A stretch of 64,000 nucleotides of DNA from a virus: the IMG/VR virus record IMGVR_UViG_3300027734_000042; one strand, written 5' to 3'. Positions 27,230 through 36,147 of this stretch are shown here, piece after piece. Numbering within the stretch: position 1 is the stretch's first letter; every line of letters begins with the position of its first letter. The position numbers were made by a program, and so were the translations under genes. A model generated the notes under the pieces. That model was not told where the DNA came from. It worked only from the letters and a program-made list of their open reading frames with translations, and searched no databases.

Positions 27230-30200
27230 ATGGCTGGAAATAATAACATAGAATCTAGAATAGACCAATTACTTGCTAAGGATTTTAGTAAGACTAGTAC
27301 TAGCGAAATAATAAATCTTATTACTGGTGGGCAGGATATTAACCAGCCTTATGTTGATATGCAATCGGAGGCTGGTTTTGATGCAGAACTAGATAAAAGT
27401 CAGGAACAGGTTAATTCTATAATTAACAGTCTAGAACCAGGACCTCCTCCTATACCTATGAAAAAAATAGAGGAGCTATCTTGTAATTTCGAAGGTGATG
27501 AACTTTATAGTAGAATATTGCTAGAGAGTGTGAGAATTAGCGACACTAATCTCTATAGATCCCTTCTTAATTCTAGCGCATTAAAGCAAAGAAGTTTTAG
27601 TGCTTCAGATCTAGGTATTAAAACAAAAATATCGTCGCTTAAAACTAACGAAAAGCTCCCTTCTGAGGGGATAGCTAACTTCCTAAAAGAGAACAATAAG
27701 TCTTTATTTGAAAAAATAAACGAAAAGCTTTTTGATAATATTGATCCTCTATTAGTAGGTAAGCCTTCAAACTCTGGTTCTAAAAAGAAAAGAGAAATTA
27801 ATATATTAGGATTTAAGATTCCTCTTGAATTTATCATGTCTGGTAAAAAGATTGTGCATGTTAAAATAGGGGGTGAAGAAAAAACTAATAAGCAAGCTCT
27901 GGAAGATATTAATTCTATACTAGCTAAACAAAATCAAGGGGCAAAACCTTGTGATTTTGATGGTGTTGATGAGAATATAAATTCTGAAAGGATAGATGAA
28001 TATGATTCAAATTTCTTTCCTGACGGGGATGATCCTATATTAGATCCCGATTGTGATACTGGAATTCCCGAGGATCCTATAACAGGAGATGCAATATCAA
28101 CTAAAGAATCTTTTGATGATATACAAGGGGACTTTTGTGATCCTCCAGCCTATGATTTTTCAGGTTTAAACCCAGATGAACCAGATCCTGAGCCAGCACC
28201 TGTTGATGTGGATGCCATACAAGCGTGTATGGATTCTGCATTAGCTAAAACTAAAAAGATAGACGAAGACAGTAAACTGCTTTCTAGATGGCAGAACATA
28301 GAGAAGAGTCTAGATGAAATCCATTATCATTATGATGTTATTTGGGAATACCAGAGAACCTTAGCTGAAACATGGAGGGCTAGAGTCCCAGTTTCTTCTG
28401 GTGGTGATCCTAATAGTCTTGATTTAGCTATACAAATATTAACATATAATGATCAAGAAGAAACAAAATCTACGGAGATATTATTACAGGAGGAAATATT
28501 AAGCAATGATAAGAAATTATTTTTAGAAAATAATCCATTTTTAACTGATAGCATATTTAAATTCAGTGTTTTAGATATTGAGAATTCATCTAATCTTACA
28601 GATTCTGAACTTTCTGAAATTTTCACATTGCTCATCGATGCTAATAGATCCCCAGTATCATATAATTCAGAAACACAAACATACTTTATCCAAGAGGGTA
28701 TAGATTCTTTTAGAAAAAATCAAGAATCAATATTAGCTATACTAATACAAGAGAATTTTATAGAATCACTTAAAAAAGAAAGGGATGAAATAAAATCTTT
28801 AAAGGAGGCAACTTTACAAACATTGATTGATAGGAAAGGAGTTCCTATAACAATTGCTGATCTCGAAGCTGGATTTAAAATAGTCACAACTGATCTTAAT
28901 GATCCCTATGGTCAAGGATCGACACAGAAAGATAAGAATGCCAGGGTTTTTGATAGCATTATTTTACCAACTTATACTTATGATTCTTATGGTTATCAAT
29001 TTCTACAAGATCTAAAAAAATTCTCTGTCAGATTTAAGGATACTAAATTTGATAAAGATCGGGGAGAACTTAAATTTACTCTTGCTTTTATGAGTGATCT
29101 TGGTATGCCTATACCTTATAAGAAAGTTAAAAAAACAGGAAAAATCTCTCTTAAACAAACAGGAACAGATCCTCTGGAAGAGGTTAATGAACCCGATCAA
29201 GAAAAGATAAAAATAGGTAATGAGCATGCTTCTGGAGGGTTACTAATTAATTTTACGCCTTCCTATTTAAAAAGCTATCAGTATTTAACTATAGATAATA
29301 TTAAAACCGGACAGCCTGACGTTTCTAAATTCTACGATTATATCGATTCTGTTATAAATACCAACAAATCTAAGCAGAATATTATTAATGATATAGTAGA
29401 AGATCGGGGTATTTTATATGGACATCTTATAGAAAAATCTTCTTCCAATTGGCTATTTTTTACAGCTGAAGAAAGAGGCGATAATGATTCTAGAGATCCT
29501 GCTAAGCTAAGGCCTTCTAGTTTTAATACAGAGGGAGAACCTACACCAGTATTTACCGAATTCTATGGTAATTTTAAACCAAAATGGGATGCTAAATATA
29601 AATTAAATAGAGAGACATATATTGATCCTGCTCTTTCTAGTTTAAAAGAACAAGCTAGAAAAGCTGGGGAAGGATTAGGAAATACGTTGCCACCTTCTGA
29701 ACAAATAGGTGTTCGTCTTTTTGAAAACTATTTTGACACAAAGAAAAAGATTGAACAGATAGAGGAGATTATACTTTATGCTGCTCAGAAAAGAAGTGAA
29801 ATAGAGGAATCACTAAAGCCTGAAAATATAGAGAAATCGTTTTCTGATATTAAATGTTCTAGCGGACAAACAAGTCCTAATGATCCTGAAAATTGTCCTC
29901 CCTCTTGTTGTGGAGAACCAGGATCTGATTTTAAGACTGACAATTATCTTCTTTCACTTCCACCAAGTTCTGATTGTCCTACTATGTTTCAGAAGTGTTG
30001 GTGGAAACAATTTTCAAAGGATCTTACTAAAGTTGGGCTTCTTCCTTATCCTAACGGATTACCCCCAATAGAAAAATCAGATTTCTTTTTAACACAAGGG
30101 CCTTCTATTAGATTAGGATTAAAATATTGGCCGGTTGGTTATCTTCCACCAGCTTTTATACCGATACCTATTCCTAACCCTATTGATGCTCAACCTTTTA

Positions 30201-32329
30201 TTAGAATACCACTTCCTATGATATGGACTATAATAAATCCTATCGTGATACCTTTACCTCTGAATCTTGGTGTTCTTGTAATATTCATTCCGTTAATAGG
30301 AGGATTTATGCCTACACCTCTAGTTTATCTTAAAGAGTTTGTAGGTGGTAATTCTTTATTTCTTACTGGAATAAGAGGACCTAGGTTTATACCTAGAAAA
30401 TCGGATCCTGAATTAAAGGATCCGATGGAAAAAATAAAGCAGCTTTTGTCTTTCGGTATTCCTGATAAATTAATTCCTCTTCCTGGATTTGGCCTAGATA
30501 ATCTAGATTCACCTGCAAGAATATTAGCGGATCTTCAGTCGAATTTAACTAAGATATTTGATAGTGTCCCTCCTCCTGGTAATTTGGATCAATTGAGACA
30601 GTTACAAGATAAAGAATTGGAGATTAAGAAAAAAATAGACGACGAAACTAAGGACTATCTAAAGAAGGAAGCTTTACTTGATATTCCTAAGCCAGATTTA
30701 GAGGGACAGAGAGAAGAGCTAAAAAATCTAATAACATCCAGGAAAAATGCTCTTAAGCAGGTTATTATGGATTATATCGATAAAGGTATACCTGATCCTA
30801 AAGCTGTATATTTTCCTAAGGATAAAGATAAACTTAAAATAGATATTCCAGGTATTGTAAAATCTCTTAGAATACTAAAAGAGATGAAAGCAAGCTTTGT
30901 TCCTATTAAATGTTCAGGAACTATAGATTTTAAAGATGAGATAAGAGAGGTGCTTAAACTTTTAAAAATACCTACACCTCCTCAGTATATCCTTGATAAT
31001 TTTAATGTGTCTAATGCTAATAAGATTTTCTTAAAATCTGATAAAGATCCAAGACTAATGACTGATGAAGAATTCAGAAATCTTGTTTTGGAAATAAGAG
31101 GAACTTCTTTAATAATAACACAAATACTATTAAGAGGAAATAAATTCTCTGTACTTAAAAAAATTAGAAAAGGCGCATTTTCTATAACTGAAGAATGTGA
31201 GCTACAGGGTACCTTTGCTTTCCCTCCGGTTAAGCTAACAAATTCTGCTCCTTTCCCTCTAAGATTTTTAAGAAAGGGTGATCCGGTATTAACTGCCATG
31301 TATCTTAGAATTATGGAAGGCATGGTTAAGATTGAATACACAAGGGAAGATTTTGCTAGGTATGTTAGATATTTTGGAGAATCCCCTGAGTTAGTAATCA
31401 GAGTTAAGGATTTAAAAAAATTAGTTTCTAAGAAGATAGGATTAAGTAAAAGAGGACCTTTTGATCCTGAGAGACCTATAGATCTTGAGGAACCTTTAAT
31501 ATCTAACTATCCTCATCCAGAAGGACCTTTATGTTGTCTAGAATCATTGAATGGAGGATTTGGTAATGCTATAGCAGCATTTGAGCTTCCCACAGTGTTT
31601 CCTGTAAAACAGGACCAAATAACACAAACACCAGGAGCAGGAGGTATAATACAAGTTACTATACCAGGATCTAAAATAAAATCATTCATAAAAACCGCTA
31701 TAGGTGAACTTTTAGATAGCGGTGCTTTGGAAAAACTACTTCCAGAGATAAGTGATGTGAATTCACCTAAATTTACTAATCTTGATCCCAATGATATACA
31801 AAAAATAGCAAGGAATTTAGTTAGAGATGTACTTAATCCTGAGTCCCCTAATATTCCTCCTTTTTTAGAACTAACTAAAATTCCTGTTCTTCCTCCAGCT
31901 AGACCTACGGATTTAATAGAGCAAGCACTAATTGGTATGGGTTCTCCCCCTCCTGCAAGAATAGTTTATAGTCTTTTTTGGAAATATTTTAAGAGTCTTC
32001 CTAAAACACCTTTAAGCGATAAAATAACATTACCTACTATAGAGATATCAGCAAATATACTAAGTAAAATACCTTGGCCTTTAACTGTTCTGATCGGAAG
32101 AAATTTATTAAATATTATTAATCCTATAGCTATGTCTGATGATCATCCTGTATGGAGAAGAATGAGTGTTAAGAACCCTTATTACGTGGTGTATTTAGAT
32201 GAGTTCTTAAGAAGTGCTGCAGATGTTTCTGGATTATATAAATTTTTCCTAGGTGCTGCAGATCCTACTTATCCTATACCTGAATTACAGACAGAGCTAA
32301 AAAAGGCATTTAATGTGAAAAAATATTAA
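27230..32329 (+). CDS. very large (1699 aa) putative virion protein of unknown function
   Basis: Directly follows gp5; coiled-coil, acidic, Cys-cluster and Pro-rich hydrophobic segments. Confidence 0.6.
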   Translation: MAGNNNIESRIDQLLAKDFSKTSTSEIINLITGGQDINQPYVDMQSEAGFDAELDKSQEQVNSIINSLEPGPPPIPMKKIEELSCNFEGDELYSRILLESVRISDTNLYRSLLNSSALKQRSFSASDLGIKTKISSLKTNEKLPSEGIANFLKENNKSLFEKINEKLFDNIDPLLVGKPSNSGSKKKREINILGFKIPLEFIMSGKKIVHVKIGGEEKTNKQALEDINSILAKQNQGAKPCDFDGVDENINSERIDEYDSNFFPDGDDPILDPDCDTGIPEDPITGDAISTKESFDDIQGDFCDPPAYDFSGLNPDEPDPEPAPVDVDAIQACMDSALAKTKKIDEDSKLLSRWQNIEKSLDEIHYHYDVIWEYQRTLAETWRARVPVSSGGDPNSLDLAIQILTYNDQEETKSTEILLQEEILSNDKKLFLENNPFLTDSIFKFSVLDIENSSNLTDSELSEIFTLLIDANRSPVSYNSETQTYFIQEGIDSFRKNQESILAILIQENFIESLKKERDEIKSLKEATLQTLIDRKGVPITIADLEAGFKIVTTDLNDPYGQGSTQKDKNARVFDSIILPTYTYDSYGYQFLQDLKKFSVRFKDTKFDKDRGELKFTLAFMSDLGMPIPYKKVKKTGKISLKQTGTDPLEEVNEPDQEKIKIGNEHASGGLLINFTPSYLKSYQYLTIDNIKTGQPDVSKFYDYIDSVINTNKSKQNIINDIVEDRGILYGHLIEKSSSNWLFFTAEERGDNDSRDPAKLRPSSFNTEGEPTPVFTEFYGNFKPKWDAKYKLNRETYIDPALSSLKEQARKAGEGLGNTLPPSEQIGVRLFENYFDTKKKIEQIEEIILYAAQKRSEIEESLKPENIEKSFSDIKCSSGQTSPNDPENCPPSCCGEPGSDFKTDNYLLSLPPSSDCPTMFQKCWWKQFSKDLTKVGLLPYPNGLPPIEKSDFFLTQGPSIRLGLKYWPVGYLPPAFIPIPIPNPIDAQPFIRIPLPMIWTIINPIVIPLPLNLGVLVIFIPLIGGFMPTPLVYLKEFVGGNSLFLTGIRGPRFIPRKSDPELKDPMEKIKQLLSFGIPDKLIPLPGFGLDNLDSPARILADLQSNLTKIFDSVPPPGNLDQLRQLQDKELEIKKKIDDETKDYLKKEALLDIPKPDLEGQREELKNLITSRKNALKQVIMDYIDKGIPDPKAVYFPKDKDKLKIDIPGIVKSLRILKEMKASFVPIKCSGTIDFKDEIREVLKLLKIPTPPQYILDNFNVSNANKIFLKSDKDPRLMTDEEFRNLVLEIRGTSLIITQILLRGNKFSVLKKIRKGAFSITEECELQGTFAFPPVKLTNSAPFPLRFLRKGDPVLTAMYLRIMEGMVKIEYTREDFARYVRYFGESPELVIRVKDLKKLVSKKIGLSKRGPFDPERPIDLEEPLISNYPHPEGPLCCLESLNGGFGNAIAAFELPTVFPVKQDQITQTPGAGGIIQVTIPGSKIKSFIKTAIGELLDSGALEKLLPEISDVNSPKFTNLDPNDIQKIARNLVRDVLNPESPNIPPFLELTKIPVLPPARPTDLIEQALIGMGSPPPARIVYSLFWKYFKSLPKTPLSDKITLPTIEISANILSKIPWPLTVLIGRNLLNIINPIAMSDDHPVWRRMSVKNPYYVVYLDEFLRSAADVSGLYKFFLGAADPTYPIPELQTELKKAFNVKKY

Positions 32330-32336
32330 TTTCTTG

Positions 32337-32365
32337 GAAATTTTAATACATACTAATACTACAAT
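32337..32365 (+). promoter_or_regulatory. putative alternative-sigma promoter GAAAT-N17-CTACAAT
   Basis: Matches 3133-3161; 19 nt upstream of ATG 32385. Confidence 0.5.
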
Positions 32366-32384
32366 ACATACAAACCTCAATAGA

Positions 32385-33497
32385 ATGAAAAATAAAAACT
32401 ATAGCTGCTTTGAATACACTGCAGAGGAAAGAGAAGATCTTGAATCGATTTACAATAAATCTTTTCCTGATCAGATTGGAAATTTTTTCGGAAAGGATTT
32501 ACAAGAAAACAGTTCGGAAAGAATTATGATTACTGATTTTGATGCGAGTAAAGGAGTTGCTTTAGGAGAAACCCCTTTCGGTCAAACCATTATTATAGAT
32601 ATTAGAAAGGAAGAAAAGCATATGAGAAAGCTTGGATATCCTTCTATAGAAATAACACCAGGACAGATTCTGGATGTTGTTATACACAAAGATCTTTCTG
32701 GCGCATTTAACGGTTCTGTTTCTGCAGGATACGAGAAAGCACTTAAAGCTGAATTACACAGATCTATTAAAGAAGAAGATTGTGCATTTAAAGTTAAAGT
32801 TAAGAATGTTTGTAACGGAGGATTCATGGTGGATCTATCTGGTATCGAATGTTTCTTACCTGGAAGTTTAGCAGCTGCTAATAGAATTATGAATTTTGCA
32901 GACTATGTTGGAAAGCAATTGACAGTTATGGTTGAAATATATGATTCTAAAAGAGATATCTTTGTAGTTTCCTTTAAAAAATATTTAAAGAAAATTATAG
33001 ACGGGGAAGTTAAAGCTCTTTCTTTCTCTAGTAAATATCAAGGAAACGTAACAGGAGCTTCAGGAAATGGAGTTTTTGTTGAATGGGACGATATTTTCAC
33101 TGGTATAATTCCTATAGATGATTCCAATAGAGAGAAATTATCAGAACTAAAATCTGGTGATTCTATTGAATTCTATGTAATTGACATTAAAAATCCACAC
33201 AGGGTTGGACTTTCTTTACTTGAACCTAATGAAAAACTTCAAACAATTCAAAAATTAAAAGATACTTCAGCGGAAGCTTTAGGGGAAAATATTGAATTGC
33301 AAATATATAAAGGAGAGGTTACCAAGTTAAAGACATTCGGTGTATTCGTTAAACTTGAAAATGGTTTATCTGGATTGATCGAAAAAGAGAGATTGGTTAA
33401 CCCTATTAAAGATTATGAGGTTGGTCAATTGGTTAATTGCTCAATCTCGAGAGTGGATTTATCCTCCCTCAAAATACAATTAATAGAGCAAAAATAA
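32385..33497 (+). CDS. ribosomal protein S1-like multi-S1-domain RNA-binding protein
   Basis: S1 repeats GGFMVDLSGIECFLPGS, YQGNVTGASGNGVFVEW, YKGEVTKLKTFGVFVKLENGLSGLI; ATG 32385 preferred over TTG 32334. Confidence 0.85.
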   Translation: MKNKNYSCFEYTAEEREDLESIYNKSFPDQIGNFFGKDLQENSSERIMITDFDASKGVALGETPFGQTIIIDIRKEEKHMRKLGYPSIEITPGQILDVVIHKDLSGAFNGSVSAGYEKALKAELHRSIKEEDCAFKVKVKNVCNGGFMVDLSGIECFLPGSLAAANRIMNFADYVGKQLTVMVEIYDSKRDIFVVSFKKYLKKIIDGEVKALSFSSKYQGNVTGASGNGVFVEWDDIFTGIIPIDDSNREKLSELKSGDSIEFYVIDIKNPHRVGLSLLEPNEKLQTIQKLKDTSAEALGENIELQIYKGEVTKLKTFGVFVKLENGLSGLIEKERLVNPIKDYEVGQLVNCSISRVDLSSLKIQLIEQK

Positions 33498-33498
33498 A

Positions 33499-34941
33499 TT
33501 GGCTAATTTACTTTCTAATGATTTTTTCTACTCTGCAAAATTAGGATTTGAATTTGAGTTCTTCAGTAACTTAAATAGAACAGAGATAGCGGATGAATTA
33601 GGGAAGGAGCTAGGAAAGAAAATACTTCTTTTTAACAAATACCATTCTAATTTTAAGCCTACCAAGGACATCTTTAAATTAGAACCAGATTACTCAGGAG
33701 GATCCAAGATGGTCGAAATGATCACGGGTCCTCTTCCTTATTTTGAGGCAATTACTATTTTAATTAAAACATTAAGATGGATAGATCTAAATGGATATAC
33801 AGATAAAAAGTGTGCTTTCCAGTTCGGTGTTAGTATAGACACGTCTATTTTTCCCGATGTGCCTCCTGTTTCACAGCTTAATATACTTAAGTTCATTCTA
33901 GGGTTTGATGAGAATGTTGTATATAAAAGATTTCCAGATAGAGCTAGCTCTCTTTATGCTAAATCTATAAAAAGAATACTTCCTTCTAATAAGTTTGTAG
34001 ATCCCTCAAATATTTCTTTTATAGATAAGAATCTATTTGAAGTACCGTTAGAAAAAAATATGGGAATAAACTTCTTAAAATTGCCTGAAGGTTATTTTGA
34101 AGTTAGATATTTAGGAGGATCAGATTATCAGAAAAGATATAGCTCAATCAAAGAAGTTATTGATTATATAATAACTTATACAGTACAGTCGTTAAAAACA
34201 AATGACGGATTCTCTGATAATGATCTAAAGATCCTAAAGATGTTTTTAGGAGAGATCTATAAAAACTCCTCAACCTTTGTTACTCCTGAAGCTTTTCAGA
34301 AAAACTATCCACATATGAATATTATGATTGATATGAGGTCTGACCCACAGATTCTTAGATCTTTCTTTTTAAACATTAGAGAAGTTCTTTACGATTTGAT
34401 AGTTGAGAATAACATCAAGGAGGGATTAGTTAATTATGATAGCAATCTAGGTAAATTTCAGTTAAAAGAGATTAAAACTTCTAAAGCATATCTTTTAAAA
34501 GATTACGATATTCTAGAAAGTGAAATTGCAGGTAACTTGTTTAATTGTAGATTGTTTAACTGTAAGATCAATGATAGCACTTTAGAAGAATGTGATTTAC
34601 TTACTAATAACGAGATTTACCGATCTAAAATAATGTACTCTGATGTAATGTTCAGTAACTTTGTACATGATAGCTATATAGACAATAAGGACAAAGAAAT
34701 AAACTGCGAAGTTTATGGAGGTATTATTAGATCAGGATTTATTGGTAAGTTAGCTACTCTATCACCAGAAACAGAAGTAGTAAAAGACCCTGAGGATGAT
34801 AAAAAAATGAAAGGAAGTTCTAAGAAATTAAAATTCCCTAATAGAAATGAATCAGATGCTTTAACCAGTCCTATTAAGTTCAGTAACAATAATAGTAAGC
34901 CATCAGGAATCCCTGGTGTAAACTTCAAACCAAATAATTAA
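33499..34941 (+). CDS. amidoligase (COOH-NH2 ligase)-like protein with C-terminal beta-helix-like repeats
   Basis: LGFEFEF, EPDYS, EMITGP, GINF, FEVRYLGG; TTG start. Confidence 0.65.
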   Translation: MANLLSNDFFYSAKLGFEFEFFSNLNRTEIADELGKELGKKILLFNKYHSNFKPTKDIFKLEPDYSGGSKMVEMITGPLPYFEAITILIKTLRWIDLNGYTDKKCAFQFGVSIDTSIFPDVPPVSQLNILKFILGFDENVVYKRFPDRASSLYAKSIKRILPSNKFVDPSNISFIDKNLFEVPLEKNMGINFLKLPEGYFEVRYLGGSDYQKRYSSIKEVIDYIITYTVQSLKTNDGFSDNDLKILKMFLGEIYKNSSTFVTPEAFQKNYPHMNIMIDMRSDPQILRSFFLNIREVLYDLIVENNIKEGLVNYDSNLGKFQLKEIKTSKAYLLKDYDILESEIAGNLFNCRLFNCKINDSTLEECDLLTNNEIYRSKIMYSDVMFSNFVHDSYIDNKDKEINCEVYGGIIRSGFIGKLATLSPETEVVKDPEDDKKMKGSSKKLKFPNRNESDALTSPIKFSNNNSKPSGIPGVNFKPNN

Positions 34942-34946
34942 CGGTA

Positions 34947-35726
34947 ATGACAGAAGCAGATCTAATTCAAGAGGTAAAAGACGAAATCTCTCACTCTTGT
35001 TCGCTACCTTACAATCTTAACGACCAGGAGATAAAAAGGATCATCAAAAGGGCTAGGGCTTATTTTTATGATAACTATCAATATGCTGTGGAGGATAGAA
35101 TATTTGTTTTAGGTAGGGAGCTATTTTCTGCACCCGCTTTCAGAGCAACAAGACAAATACAGCTTCCCCCTTGTGTGGTATCTGTTTATGATGTTAGAGA
35201 GGTAAACGGGTCAGGTCTTACAGGTACACCAGACAAGGACTTTGGTGAATCTAAATTATTAGGATCGGAGCTTATGCTTTCCCCTTTTGCTGGAGATAAC
35301 CTTGTTTATAGAACGGTTCTCTATTCATTCTTTGATTTAGCTAAAGCTTATTTGTTAGAAAGTTTTGCCTTTAATTATAATAAGAATACTAAAAAATTAA
35401 CTATTCTTGGTAGAGACCCAGCAAGAACTAATAGAACTGATGGCGGAACTTCCCAGACACTTTACACAGGTATAGATGTTGGTGTTAGAGGTTGTATTGC
35501 TATCCCTGAAGAAAATCTATACGATGATGAACTATTCGTAAGATATTGTCTTGCAGAAGCTAAGATTAATATTGGACGTTTACTTGGTACATTTGAATAT
35601 AATCTCCCTGGTGGTGTTCGTGTAAACTATAACAATATACAAACTATGGGAACTACAGAGAAGGGAGAGATCATACAAATGATAAAAGACGAAAACACTC
35701 CCAGCTATTTCTTACAGTGGAACTAA
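34947..35726 (+). CDS. neck/head-completion protein, T4 gp13-like
   Basis: QEIKRIIKRA..YFYD, C-terminal GRLLGTFEYNLPGGVRVNY. Confidence 0.7.
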   Translation: MTEADLIQEVKDEISHSCSLPYNLNDQEIKRIIKRARAYFYDNYQYAVEDRIFVLGRELFSAPAFRATRQIQLPPCVVSVYDVREVNGSGLTGTPDKDFGESKLLGSELMLSPFAGDNLVYRTVLYSFFDLAKAYLLESFAFNYNKNTKKLTILGRDPARTNRTDGGTSQTLYTGIDVGVRGCIAIPEENLYDDELFVRYCLAEAKINIGRLLGTFEYNLPGGVRVNYNNIQTMGTTEKGEIIQMIKDENTPSYFLQWN

Positions 35727-35757
35727 TTTCTTGCTTTATTCTCTTTATTCTAACAAG

Positions 35758-35767
35758 GAATATATAG
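35758..35767 (+). promoter_or_regulatory. putative late promoter GAATATATAG
   Basis: 7 nt upstream of gp25-like ATG. Confidence 0.5.
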
Positions 35768-35774
35768 ATCTAAG

Positions 35775-36146
35775 ATGGCAAGATTTTCAGAAATTTATCC
35801 AAGAAATCCAGACGACCCAAATTACAAAGTGGGTTTACTTCACACCGATGATGATGTTGAAATTCTAATTGGTATGATTAAACAGTGTATGATGACTAGA
35901 CCAGGTGAGATTTTAGGAGATCCATATTTTGGTATAGATCTGGAAGGATTACTTTTTGATTTTAATGTTGATCAGAGCACATTAGAAAGAGCTATAAGAT
36001 TACACTTACTTACATATGTTCCTCTTTCTTCTGGAAAATTTGATGTTGATTTTAAAATCGGATTTTTTAAAGGAGAAACAAGAGATGCTTGTGTAATTGA
36101 TTTTGCAATTAGAGGTAATCCTATACTTGGTATTAAAATAATTTAA
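35775..36146 (+). CDS. baseplate wedge gp25/GPW family protein
   Basis: MMTRPGEILGDPYFGIDLEGLLF...YVP. Confidence 0.8.
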   Translation: MARFSEIYPRNPDDPNYKVGLLHTDDDVEILIGMIKQCMMTRPGEILGDPYFGIDLEGLLFDFNVDQSTLERAIRLHLLTYVPLSSGKFDVDFKIGFFKGETRDACVIDFAIRGNPILGIKII

Positions 36147-36147
36147 G

